Source: a virus
Length of the DNA stretch: 64,000 nt
Virus record (IMG/VR): IMGVR_UViG_3300032236_001802
Span: 1 to 64,000 of that record
Strand: one strand, 5' to 3'
Shown here: one piece after another, positions 9,518-18,448 of the stretch
How the letters are laid out: each line of letters starts with the position of its first letter
Position numbering within the stretch: the first letter of the stretch is position 1
Notes under the pieces: model-generated
Seen by the model: the letters and a program-made list of their open reading frames with translations, nothing else
The model's database searches: none
What the model was told of the DNA's origin: nothing
Position numbers and translations under genes: made by a program

Positions 9518-10225
9518 ATGCAACCTATCGTTACCACTGAAAACTACTTCTCCGACCTGAACTTGGCGATCGCTGAAGGTTTATTCCTCTCCAATGCAAA
9601 ACCCAAAAAGGTGGATCTCTACAATGCGATCGCCTCCCATAACAAAGCCTGTGAAATTGTTGATGCTCCCACCCAGGTAGTTACGCAACCCGAGAAACAC
9701 TCCGAGGAAATCGCAGTTGTTGAGCCTGTTGGCGCTGTGAGAACGGTTACCAAGGCTAAGAAAAACGCCTACGCCGAGCTTCGGCAACAGTGGAACAATA
9801 ACCGCGCCATGAAAGGAGTAAAGGCGGTTAAAGCGGCTTCTCAGAAAACAGAAAAGCCAGGGTTAACAGAGGCCCAAGAAGGACAGCTTAAAGTTTTAGT
9901 GGCGGGTTTTTACGCCGAGGACAAGAGCGATCGCATTAGAAATGCTTACTGGATCCATGGCGTTGTTGAGTTGGTTGGGACAACCAAAGCCGCCGAACTT
10001 TTAACCCTGAGCGTTCCCAACGTCGCACGGCAGGCTCGTAGCTACGAGCTTTTTACGCAAAGCAAAGTGATTGCAGACAACGTGAAAGCGGGGTTGTTAA
10101 GCTGGGCCAAGCTGCATGCAGAGATTGCAACCAAGACCCGCAAAACGCCGCTAGAAGAACTTGAGCAGTTGGCGCGGGACATCATTGCAGAAGCCCAAGC
10201 GAAAAAGACCACCTCAAAAGGCTAA
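9518..10225 (+). CDS. basic protein with a C-terminal ParB/Spo0J-like HTH
   Basis: AAELLTLSVPNVARQAR...VKAGLLSWAK; GGAG RBS. Confidence 0.45.
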   Translation: MQPIVTTENYFSDLNLAIAEGLFLSNAKPKKVDLYNAIASHNKACEIVDAPTQVVTQPEKHSEEIAVVEPVGAVRTVTKAKKNAYAELRQQWNNNRAMKGVKAVKAASQKTEKPGLTEAQEGQLKVLVAGFYAEDKSDRIRNAYWIHGVVELVGTTKAAELLTLSVPNVARQARSYELFTQSKVIADNVKAGLLSWAKLHAEIATKTRKTPLEELEQLARDIIAEAQAKKTTSKG

Positions 10226-10237
10226 GATTTTCCCGGT

Positions 10238-10269
10238 AAAAAGGGGATTCGGTTGAATCCCCTTTTTTT
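10238..10269. terminator. bidirectional intrinsic terminator between convergent operons
   Basis: AAAAAGGGGATTC-ggtt-GAATCCCCTTTTTTT. Confidence 0.85.
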
Positions 10270-11104
10270 ATGCCTCAATCCGATCAAGATACTGAGACGC
10301 GATCGCTTCAAAAAACTGCCCTAGGGCAATCTGCTCATCACCCGATAGGGCAGCCTCCCGTGCTCCAAAGGCATTTTTAGCCTCTGTGATGATCTGCAAC
10401 CCTAGGGGGGAAAGCTTAAACGTGACCGTTTCAAACACATCATCCTGGGCGACGCTATCGCCCCCAGAACCGCTGTTTTCATAGTTGGGGTTAAACTGGT
10501 CCCAGTTGGCTTCCGCAAGGGCTAAAAGCTCTTGCAGCTCTTGATCCTCATAAGGTAAAGCCAGGGCTGTTTCCTCTCCCATGTCAGCGTAAATATCAGC
10601 CAGCAATTGAGCTAATTCAATCTTATCGGGATCTCCATGGGTTTCATTGATAACGATCGTTAGCTTTTTAGCCTCTGCATCAGTTAGTCCGTGGATCACA
10701 TTAACAAAAACGGTCTTCCCGTCCATTTCGAGCCATCGGTGATAGCCATCAATGATCTGATATTTGCCTTCTTGGTCTGGATGGGGCCGAACTACAATCT
10801 CTTCGATCTGTCCAACCCAGCTAAGCGATTCACCAATCGCCGCCTGTTCCCTGGGTCTAGTTTTTTGAGGATTCCATTCGTTAGGTATTAGGTCCGCCGA
10901 TGACACGGCAACCGCCCGCTGTATTGCATAGCGCTGATTAAGAATGACAGCGCTATCAATGCCTGGATAGGCGTGCCAAACCTCTTTACCTTGCCCTGCA
11001 CTATCACCTTCTTCGTTGATCTGTTGTTCCCCCTGAGATTCCACAGGGGGAACAACAACTTCGTTTGCCGAAACGGTTGTTGAACCAGTTTTTCTTTTAG
11101 TCAT
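10268..11104 (-). CDS. ParB/Srx-domain protein linked to the DNA-modification operon
   Basis: LIPNEWNP, IVVRP, YQIIDGYHRW, LTIVINETHG. Confidence 0.85.
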   Translation of the reverse strand: MTKRKTGSTTVSANEVVVPPVESQGEQQINEEGDSAGQGKEVWHAYPGIDSAVILNQRYAIQRAVAVSSADLIPNEWNPQKTRPREQAAIGESLSWVGQIEEIVVRPHPDQEGKYQIIDGYHRWLEMDGKTVFVNVIHGLTDAEAKKLTIVINETHGDPDKIELAQLLADIYADMGEETALALPYEDQELQELLALAEANWDQFNPNYENSGSGGDSVAQDDVFETVTFKLSPLGLQIITEAKNAFGAREAALSGDEQIALGQFFEAIASQYLDRIEA

Positions 11105-12062
11105 CCCAAGTTATTCCCCTTGATTTCCATAGGTTAGTTGAATCAATTTGCATCTTTTGAAACTTTTTAACTTCACTTCTTAAATTGTGGATGTTTGCCG
11201 CTAAAGCCCCATCTGATTCTTTATAGCGGGGTAAGTGCTTGATGCCAGAAGCGGTTCCACCGCCAAACCTTAAGCATGAAGTCCACGACGATGAGTCGCA
11301 GGAATAAAGCGGGTAACGTTGCAAAACCCACTCGGAGGTTATTCCTAATAGGTGAACCTTTCTAAGTTTTTTCGTTTTTTTGAAATAAGCCATTACCCGC
11401 GAGAAGCACGGATCTAGCCAAGCCTCTAGCTTTTTCCGCTGGCGGGTATGAGGAACCAGCCCACCCAGGGCGATGTAATCGTATCCTTCTAGCGCCCTGT
11501 CCAGATGGGATAGATCGACGCCATGAGTAACGATCGGCATGGGATTCATACCAAGCTTTTCCAGAAGTTTTTGGTTTTTCCAGGTTGCATCCTGATCACC
11601 AATCACATCAAGGTTCATAAACAGAAGTGATTTAAGATGCGATCGCCACTTTGCATCAAACTGGATTGCCCATTGTGCATACTCTTGGGGGTGAACAATT
11701 CGATTACTTGCAAACGCCGAGAATGCTCCCGAATCGATTATCACGCGGGGCAAAACCCCTTCCCCTAAGGAGTTTTCGGCGATCTGCCGCTGGATAACCT
11801 TTTCTTTGTTTTTAACCTCTAACGGGTCAGCGTAGGTAGTTAAATGGTTTTCAATTGGCCCCATGCTGGCATACTGAATCTCTTTCTTTTGGGAAGGGTG
11901 ACCCGCTAGGTAGATTTGAACCATTTTTTTCCATGTGTTTTCATAGCTAACTAGCGGACCATCGGCATAAGCATAAGAACAAAGGTGGGATTGATACTGT
12001 TCTTGGGCAAGTAAATCGTATTGCCCGCGATCGCTACCTGCATCACAGAGGTGAATGTGCAT
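11097..12062 (-). CDS. dpdA: DpdA-like 7-deazaguanine DNA transglycosylase (TGT fold)
   Basis: IIDSGAFS, NLDVIGD, PIVTHG, IALGGLV, VHLLG, YSCDSSSW; sits directly downstream of the preQ0 genes. Confidence 0.78.
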   Translation of the reverse strand: MHIHLCDAGSDRGQYDLLAQEQYQSHLCSYAYADGPLVSYENTWKKMVQIYLAGHPSQKKEIQYASMGPIENHLTTYADPLEVKNKEKVIQRQIAENSLGEGVLPRVIIDSGAFSAFASNRIVHPQEYAQWAIQFDAKWRSHLKSLLFMNLDVIGDQDATWKNQKLLEKLGMNPMPIVTHGVDLSHLDRALEGYDYIALGGLVPHTRQRKKLEAWLDPCFSRVMAYFKKTKKLRKVHLLGITSEWVLQRYPLYSCDSSSWTSCLRFGGGTASGIKHLPRYKESDGALAANIHNLRSEVKKFQKMQIDSTNLWKSRGITWDD

Positions 12063-12762
12063 TTTGCTCTCTAAATTGCCAGATGGGATCGATCATGTTG
12101 TTCTCCTGAAACCCGCGATCGCGCAGTATGCAGGCATGGCACTTACCACACCCACCCTTAATGCCAGCGTAGCAAGTATGGGTTTCAGCGAACACCTGGT
12201 TAAAATCAAAGCTACCCATAGTCTCTACAGCCAGCTTGATACTCTCTGCCTTACTCAAATCCATCAAAGGCGTTCTGATCTCAAAGTGATCCGGGTTGCC
12301 CGCTATCGCCTCTCCCATAGCGGCTGCCGCTGCGTCAACAAAGGTCTGCCTACAATCCCAGTACCCAGCAAAATCGGCTTGACACAGCCCCGTGTAGATA
12401 GTGGTAATCCCTAAAGCCGCCGCCCGGTTTGCTGCGATCGTCAAAAAGAGTAGGTTTCTGGCGGGTACAAAGGTCGGTTCTACACCTGTTGGGAGTTCAT
12501 CAGGACCGCCATACTCCCCTAGGGGGGCGTTGCTGACCAGGGGGGAAGTACTTTGCAGTATGGGGCCAATATCGATAACCTCAAACCCATCTAGGCTTAA
12601 AGCGGTGGCCACCGCCCGCGCCGATTCCAATTCAATAGCGTGGCGCTGACCATAGTTAAAGGAAATCGCGTGAACCTCTTCAAACTCTTGCACGGCGATC
12701 GCGGCACAGGTTGTTGAATCTTGCCCACCGCTCAGAATAACCAGGCATTTACTTTTTGACAT
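12043..12762 (-). CDS. queC: 7-cyano-7-deazaguanine synthase
   Basis: LSGGQDST, FNYGQRH, TFVPARN, YWDCR, TCY..CGKCHAC. Confidence 0.95.
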   Translation of the reverse strand: MSKSKCLVILSGGQDSTTCAAIAVQEFEEVHAISFNYGQRHAIELESARAVATALSLDGFEVIDIGPILQSTSPLVSNAPLGEYGGPDELPTGVEPTFVPARNLLFLTIAANRAAALGITTIYTGLCQADFAGYWDCRQTFVDAAAAAMGEAIAGNPDHFEIRTPLMDLSKAESIKLAVETMGSFDFNQVFAETHTCYAGIKGGCGKCHACILRDRGFQENNMIDPIWQFREQNAHSPL

Positions 12763-12763
12763 T

Positions 12764-13360
12764 TCAAACCCCTATTAGGTTCATAGCTTGCATCGTAACA
12801 GACATATCATTTTGAAAGATTCCAGTTGTAGCGCGGGTCACCGTTACGGCTCCAGCTTTGAGAACACCACGGTTCGACATACAAGAATGCTGGGCACTCA
12901 GGATAACGATGACGCCCTGTGGACTCAGGGCGTCATCTAGAACCTGGCAAAATTGCGTTGTTAGGCGCTCTTGTAATTGCGGTCTTTTAGCCAAAATGTC
13001 TAGCGACCGAGGCACCTTAGATAATCCGGCAACTTTACCGTTTGGAATATAACCAACATTTGCAACACCATAAAACGGCAGTAAATGATGCTCACATAAA
13101 CTGTTAAAGGGGATTGATTTGATAATAACCAGGTCGCTGTGAGCGCAAGGGAAAGTTTTCTTTAGCGCCTCCGCTGGGTTTTGGTGCAAACCGCTTGCAG
13201 CTTCCACCCAGTACCGGAACACGCGATCGGGGGTTTCGTCCATTCCTTCGGATAATGGTCCAAATACGATCGCCATTGCTTCACGAAGCAGGGTGATCGT
13301 ATGGTTGTCCGTTATCGGTTTGGATGGGGGAATAGAAGCAAGATGAAGTGCAGGTTTCAT
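12764..13360 (-). CDS. folE: GTP cyclohydrolase I (start uncertain; overlaps the queD 3' end)
   Basis: ETPDRV, SLCEHHLLPF, GLSK, RPQLQERLT, HSCMSNRG. Confidence 0.93.
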   Translation of the reverse strand: MKPALHLASIPPSKPITDNHTITLLREAMAIVFGPLSEGMDETPDRVFRYWVEAASGLHQNPAEALKKTFPCAHSDLVIIKSIPFNSLCEHHLLPFYGVANVGYIPNGKVAGLSKVPRSLDILAKRPQLQERLTTQFCQVLDDALSPQGVIVILSAQHSCMSNRGVLKAGAVTVTRATTGIFQNDMSVTMQAMNLIGV

Positions 13361-13709
13361 CAATTCGGACGGCGATGAGTCCGGGTAGTACTGGGATGAG
13401 TTGGTCATAAATCCATTTTGCAACTAGTTCAGAAGTTGGACATTCAATTTTAAGCGTTTCATTTAGATGCCAGTGATCAAGATAGTCCCGAACCAAAGGG
13501 GCGATCGCCGCCTTGATATCAGCGTAATCTACAACCATGCCCCTTTTGGGACCATCTTCAAAAAGTTGGTTGCCCTGAACAAACACAAAACCCACCCAGG
13601 AATGACCGTGCAATCGCTGGCACTTCCCATCGTGATCAGATAGTTGATGGGAAGCTTCAAAGGTAAATTTTTTGGACAAAACCCATCCGCCAATAGGCAA
13701 GCACTGCAT
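13281..13709 (-). CDS. queD: 6-carboxy-5,6,7,8-tetrahydropterin synthase
   Basis: FEASH, CQRLHGH, LDHWHLN, PTSE, ET. Confidence 0.93.
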   Translation of the reverse strand: MQCLPIGGWVLSKKFTFEASHQLSDHDGKCQRLHGHSWVGFVFVQGNQLFEDGPKRGMVVDYADIKAAIAPLVRDYLDHWHLNETLKIECPTSELVAKWIYDQLIPVLPGLIAVRIDETCTSSCFYSPIQTDNGQPYDHPAS

Positions 13710-14383
13710 TATTTAACTCCTATCAATTTGTGGGTTTGCAGAGAAAGTCTAGCTTTGGGCCAAACCTTAAGCGCTTCTAATGTTACGTCAAAAGACCCCG
13801 ACTGATACGGAGAAACGTCAAACGTGTCAGTCCAAGCGGGCTGAAAAAATACAGGTATTCCTGAATCAAATAACCACTTCAACACACCCCCCCTAAATGT
13901 CTTTTCATCCCTTGCATAGAATAGAATGTCCTCTTCTTTTTCGATAACGAACTTGACCTCATCAGCCCTGAGCCAAAGCTGAACGGGATAACTTTTGTTC
14001 ATGTGCTCTTTAGGTGAAAGCGTGACCCACACTTGACCGGGAATCGAACTTTTAGATAAAAAACCTCCAGACGTTTCGATGTGAACAGCTTTACCCGCTT
14101 CAATTAACCCCTCGCATAGTGCGGACAAGTTTCTATGAATAAACGGTTCGCCACCAGAAATAACAACGGTTTCAGCGTTGGATAATTCGCCGATGAGTTC
14201 TGATAAAGTCATAGATTTTCGAGGGGTTGTCGCGCCGCCATCGGCGTAACCCGTATCGCACCAAGAACAGCCCACTGGGCACCCAGACAACCGAATAAAA
14301 TCAACATATCTTCCAGCGTGCAACCCTTCTCCCTGGACGGTTTGCTGAAAGGTTTCGTGAATCTGAAAAACTTGCTCCACCAT
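13709..14383 (-). CDS. queE: 7-carboxy-7-deazaguanine synthase (radical SAM)
   Basis: TVQGEG, FIRLSGCPVGCSWCDT, SGGEP, IETSG, SPK, LSLQTHK. Confidence 0.93.
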   Translation of the reverse strand: MVEQVFQIHETFQQTVQGEGLHAGRYVDFIRLSGCPVGCSWCDTGYADGGATTPRKSMTLSELIGELSNAETVVISGGEPFIHRNLSALCEGLIEAGKAVHIETSGGFLSKSSIPGQVWVTLSPKEHMNKSYPVQLWLRADEVKFVIEKEEDILFYARDEKTFRGGVLKWLFDSGIPVFFQPAWTDTFDVSPYQSGSFDVTLEALKVWPKARLSLQTHKLIGVK

Positions 14384-14389
14384 AAATCC

Positions 14390-14629
14390 TCAAAATAAGT
14401 TTAACTGCTGCCCTTCGGTGCAACCGACGCAGAAGCTGTCCACCACACCGCGATCGCAGCTGATCGCCAACCGTTCACGCCCACTGCAATGGGGGTACAC
14501 CCAATCGCGATCGCTTGCCCATGACCCGCCCACTGAGGACAGGATCCCTAAGTTATGCCCAGGGTAAAGGCTCCGGGCTTTCGCCATTGCAGTATTAATC
14601 GAGCTTACGCGATCGGGTTTGGTTTTCAT
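14390..14629 (-). CDS. hypothetical Cys-containing protein
   Basis: TAATG-coupled to the upstream gene; CVGC motif. Confidence 0.55.
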   Translation of the reverse strand: MKTKPDRVSSINTAMAKARSLYPGHNLGILSSVGGSWASDRDWVYPHCSGRERLAISCDRGVVDSFCVGCTEGQQLNLF

Positions 14630-15147
14630 TAGTTCAGCCCTGCTGACAGGGCTTTGTCGGTACTATCGCTGATCTGCACAATGGCATCCAGCACTTGATC
14701 GAAAACTTCTTTAGGCAGAGACGCTTCAAGGGCGTCAACAACCTGCCGAAGCTCTGTCTGAATCCCCTGCTCAATCTGCACTTGTACGGGTGCATCCAGC
14801 CCCAGCAATTTGCGCCGAGATTCATTGATTTTGATCGCAGTGGCGATCGCCTTCAGATTACCTTTTCTCACCTCTGAGGCAATCTTGAGCAGGTAGTAGT
14901 CCAGCCGTTCTAGTTCAAGGGCAATCAGTTCCTCTGCCGAGTTTTTTCGGGTGCTGGTTGCCTCATTCAGTGCAGCGCAAACATCCTTGTAGGCGGTGGA
15001 CTTACTGTAGGCCGGTTGACTAAATTTCACCGCGATCGCCGCCGCGATCGATTCAAACGTAGCTCCCTCGCGCCGCATGTTGAGCGCGGCCAGTCTGCGA
15101 TCCGCCACTTTGATTCGACCTGGGGACGTTTTTGATATGGATGCCAT
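14629..15147 (-). CDS. putative terminase small subunit (HTH)
   Basis: ALNMRREGATFESIA, LELERLD, AIKINESRRKLLGLDAP; resembles TerS-type HTH proteins. Confidence 0.6.
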   Translation of the reverse strand: MASISKTSPGRIKVADRRLAALNMRREGATFESIAAAIAVKFSQPAYSKSTAYKDVCAALNEATSTRKNSAEELIALELERLDYYLLKIASEVRKGNLKAIATAIKINESRRKLLGLDAPVQVQIEQGIQTELRQVVDALEASLPKEVFDQVLDAIVQISDSTDKALSAGLN

Positions 15148-15238
15148 ACTGCAAAACAGTGTCAGAGCTTTAAGTTTCCTGTAGTTCAATTTGGCATAAT
15201 TATGCTTAATTGATCCGCTTATCCGGGGATTTCCTCAA

Positions 15239-15931
15239 ATGCTGCCCGCAAACCTTTGGTCATTAACTCCAGATACGTTCATCGAATTGTTTGAAATCAG
15301 TAACTACAACTTGGACGATCCAGAGGAAACGTTTCGGTTTTGCAACTATACCGGCGTGAGCTATAGGTTGACCCCTGACTCAGATCCGCAGGAATACCCG
15401 GCGATCGGGTGCGAGTCTGAGGGATATGAGTTGGTTGGACAAGGGCCAATCCCTCAACCCAAGGTGACGATTTCAAACGTCGGTCGCGTGGTGAGTGACT
15501 GGCTCTTTTTGCTGAAGTATGATCCGCGCCATCGGCTTGAGGGTGCAAAGGTGACCCGCCGTCTGACCCAAGCCCCATTTTTGGAGGGTGGAGATCAGTA
15601 TCTAAGCCCGGTTCGGGAGTTGGCCCCAGCTATTTTTCTGATTGAGCAACTTGCTCAGGAATCCTACAAGGCGTGCCAGTTTATCCTAGCCAGCCCCTTC
15701 GATTTGGAGGGAGTAACGCTGCCAAACCGCCCCGCCCTGCGAACATGCCCGTTTGCTTATCGTGGCCCCTATTGCGGTTATACAGGCGTGGGGGCGTTTA
15801 CCAGGGCAAACCAGGTGACGACTGATCCGCGCCAAGATATTTGCGCCAAGACGATCGCCGCCTGTGAGCTGCGGTTCCCAGAGGGAAATCTGAGGTTTGG
15901 TGGGTTCCCTGGTCTGGGTGCTGTACGATGA
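15239..15931 (+). CDS. minor tail (tip) protein L, lambda gpL-like
   Basis: IELFEI, GAKVTRR, LASPFD, CPFAYRGPYCGY, DICAKTIAACELRF, FGGFPG; four Fe-S-type Cys. Confidence 0.88.
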   Translation: MLPANLWSLTPDTFIELFEISNYNLDDPEETFRFCNYTGVSYRLTPDSDPQEYPAIGCESEGYELVGQGPIPQPKVTISNVGRVVSDWLFLLKYDPRHRLEGAKVTRRLTQAPFLEGGDQYLSPVRELAPAIFLIEQLAQESYKACQFILASPFDLEGVTLPNRPALRTCPFAYRGPYCGYTGVGAFTRANQVTTDPRQDICAKTIAACELRFPEGNLRFGGFPGLGAVR

Positions 15932-15987
15932 TCGGCCTGTGACCTACATAAAAGCGATCGCCCCCTGGATTGGAGCGATCGCGGTGG

Positions 15988-17433
15988 CTATGAATCTAAA
16001 TCCTCACTTTCCCTAAATAGTCGCTCAAGCTTTTGTCGGTTAGATTCTGGAGCATCACCCGAACCAGCAGACGGCGGAGTTGAATCAGAACCACTGGAAC
16101 CCGTGGGGTTAGCCGTGGGGTTAGGGGGCTCGGGGTTGGGGTTGCTAGGCATGGAAGGGTTGTACCCGGTAGGATTACCCTCAAGATCTAAACCAGGCAG
16201 ACTGGCAGGGTACCAGCGCCCTTTTGCGTAGACCAGGGCCGGGTTTTTGACTGCACTCAGCAAAGCTGCCAGCTCACCCCTGAGCGCTTCATTTTGGCGG
16301 GTTCCCAATCTGTAGAAAATGGTATCGGCCATGATTTCCCCGATCGCCGTGCCGGGGAAAATAGCCACAGCCTTAGACCTGTGCTCCTGCGGAATGAATT
16401 CGGCGGCTGCCATAGAGACAGATACACCAATCAACCGCCGCCGAATTTTGCGGGTGAATGTACTGTACTTGAGCATCCATGGCCCCACAATATCCCGGCA
16501 CCGGCCACGGGATTCCCGGATCCGTTTCTTATTGAGCGATCGCAGTTCGGATAGGGTGTCCGGCGCTTCCTCCATGATCGTGACCCGCTCAGGGAACTCA
16601 TTGCGCCCACCGCGAAACTCTTCAGCTTCGGCCTCAATATCCAGCAAATCCTGTTCCATGGAATCTAGGATCTGTTCGGCGTTGCACAGGAGGGTTGCCC
16701 CTTGCCATTCCGAGGTTCGCCCGTAGGCGTCCCATGCTCGGATCTGAGCTTTTAGGACGTGCTTTGATAGCCATTTGACGAACTTGGACTTACCCGCGCC
16801 CATGCCCCCGATTACCACGACCACGGGATAACGATCTATGTCCTTAAGATCCTCCCACTGGAAATAGGTTGAATTGGTCCCCTGGGTTGGATAGGAGATC
16901 GCCGGGTCCGGCTGCTGCATGGGTTGCCCTGGACCGGGCTGTCCTGCTGGCTGTCCTGCTGGCGGTTGATAACCCTGCCCCTGGTACCCTTGGGCCTGCA
17001 TGATTGCCGGATAAGCGATCGGCATAGGATTCAGCATCCGCTCGATCTTCTGCATCTCCAATCGTGCGGGAAGGGTTCGCACCATGGCCTCGGCCTCCAT
17101 CTGCAACACGCGCTCACGATAGTTAAGATCGCGCTCCATATCATCCTGGGTTTGGATTTCCTCAAGAGCATTTTCATGCTCTGCTTCAATGCAGATCATT
17201 TCTGCTGTTTTGTGCATTGACCAAAGTTCGGAGGGGATTTCACCCTTTTGAGCATTGCGTGCGCCCCAACCTGCCGCCGCCAGCCCCAGCACTAGGGGAG
17301 CAATCCGCCACGGGCGAGGGGTGGAAATCGTTACACCAAGCAACACGATCGCCGCGATCGCACATCCAAAACTGGTGGCCGCTAACCGCTCGGAGAGGTA
17401 ACGGGATTCATCTGCTGATAATGATAAAGTCAT
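15988..17433 (-). CDS. membrane-anchored P-loop ATPase, FtsK/HerA-like
   Basis: Two N-terminal TMs, coiled coil, Q/P linker, Walker A GGMGAGKS, Walker B TIMEE, RK..LI segment. Confidence 0.7.
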   Translation of the reverse strand: MTLSLSADESRYLSERLAATSFGCAIAAIVLLGVTISTPRPWRIAPLVLGLAAAGWGARNAQKGEIPSELWSMHKTAEMICIEAEHENALEEIQTQDDMERDLNYRERVLQMEAEAMVRTLPARLEMQKIERMLNPMPIAYPAIMQAQGYQGQGYQPPAGQPAGQPGPGQPMQQPDPAISYPTQGTNSTYFQWEDLKDIDRYPVVVVIGGMGAGKSKFVKWLSKHVLKAQIRAWDAYGRTSEWQGATLLCNAEQILDSMEQDLLDIEAEAEEFRGGRNEFPERVTIMEEAPDTLSELRSLNKKRIRESRGRCRDIVGPWMLKYSTFTRKIRRRLIGVSVSMAAAEFIPQEHRSKAVAIFPGTAIGEIMADTIFYRLGTRQNEALRGELAALLSAVKNPALVYAKGRWYPASLPGLDLEGNPTGYNPSMPSNPNPEPPNPTANPTGSSGSDSTPPSAGSGDAPESNRQKLERLFRESEDLDS

Positions 17434-17798
17434 TACTTGATCACCTCTGGTAACACCTCGGCGTAACAAATGAGTTGATTGGCCAGCATTCTAGCCACTT
17501 GGAGATCCTTGATCGCCGTTGGCAGATCCCTGCGGCAGGTTGCAGCAAAGCAATCCTCTGCCGCTGTGCGGATCCAAAAGGAGAACTGAACATTTACCTC
17601 ATCTGGCAAAACTTTCAGCAATCCAGAGATCAAGGTGTGGTAACCCTCGATTAAATCCTCTAGGCCGCTGTTTTCGTTAATGATGACGAGCGCGTAACGC
17701 TCACAGAGCCGATTTACAGCCTCATGGGCATTTAGGCGATCGCTGGTTTTCGGTGGGTGGTATCGAAACATTTGCGCGAGCTGGGCTTCAGAATACAT
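17433..17798 (-). CDS. Acb2/Tad1-like helical hairpin protein (candidate nucleotide-signal sponge)
   Basis: FRYHPPK...HEAVN...RRDLPTAIKDLQVARMLANQLI matches the FxYHxP...R..AxxxLxxAxMxAN pattern, with an internal insertion. Confidence 0.55.
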   Translation of the reverse strand: MYSEAQLAQMFRYHPPKTSDRLNAHEAVNRLCERYALVIINENSGLEDLIEGYHTLISGLLKVLPDEVNVQFSFWIRTAAEDCFAATCRRDLPTAIKDLQVARMLANQLICYAEVLPEVIK

Positions 17799-17800
17799 AG

Positions 17801-18208
17801 TTAGATCCCTAGGATTAATTTGATTGTCAGTGCCAGGATATAGAGCAAAAAGGTGTCGGTCAGGAAATCAGCGATCGCTACCCTGAAATTGCGCCGTAAC
17901 CGCTCATGTTTGACATTTAGAAGCGGCTTGTAGCGGGCGATCTGAACAGCTTCAATCGTTTCGGCGTCATACAGGGATAGGCATGTCTGATAGTACAAAC
18001 GAACGCCCCAGAATCGGGAGATTGAGGCAAGTTTTTCATGATTCTGCCATCGTTTCTGGAGCGAATCAGCTTTGCCGATGTAGACCACGGGAGCTAAAGG
18101 GTTCCACCATTGGATTGCATAATAAACCCCCGGTTTGGGCGGTAACTTGTTTCGGTGGCGTAGGGGAACAGACGGCTTGAGTGTTAGGGGTAGCAGAAGT
18201 CGGCGCAT
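17801..18208 (-). CDS. GIY-YIG nuclease with C-terminal hydrophobic anchor
   Basis: PGVYY, YIGKA, LQKRWQNH, IE...KPLLN; ends FLLYILALTIKLILGI. Confidence 0.8.
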   Translation of the reverse strand: MRRLLLPLTLKPSVPLRHRNKLPPKPGVYYAIQWWNPLAPVVYIGKADSLQKRWQNHEKLASISRFWGVRLYYQTCLSLYDAETIEAVQIARYKPLLNVKHERLRRNFRVAIADFLTDTFLLYILALTIKLILGI

Positions 18209-18217
18209 GATTCCCCC

Positions 18218-18448
18218 CTAAACGATCCAAAGGATCACGCCAAGCGCGATCGCCCCGGCACTGAGGAAGCCATAAGGCTTTAGCTCATCGCCCAGCAGTA
18301 GGGTGAATCCCAGGGCGGCAATGATCGTGGCAGGCATAATGACGATGCCCCTTGGAAGCGCTGAAAGAGCGCCATGCAGGAGCGCAGAAAGAAAGATTCC
18401 GCCGATCATGAAACAGACGATTTTAAGCACTTCCAATAGTTGGGTCAT
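18218..18448 (-). CDS. small 3-TM membrane protein
   Basis: Almost entirely hydrophobic. Confidence 0.7.
   Translation of the reverse strand: MTQLLEVLKIVCFMIGGIFLSALLHGALSALPRGIVIMPATIIAALGFTLLLGDELKPYGFLSAGAIALGVILWIV

Noticed and set aside
13281-13709. DpdL-type QueD paralog (decarboxylase)
   Set aside because: It has the canonical QueD CxxxHGH motif.
12043-14383. Host tRNA queuosine operon
   Set aside because: No queF, queA or queG; the TGT-fold gene lacks the tRNA-TGT Zn motif; context is phage packaging.
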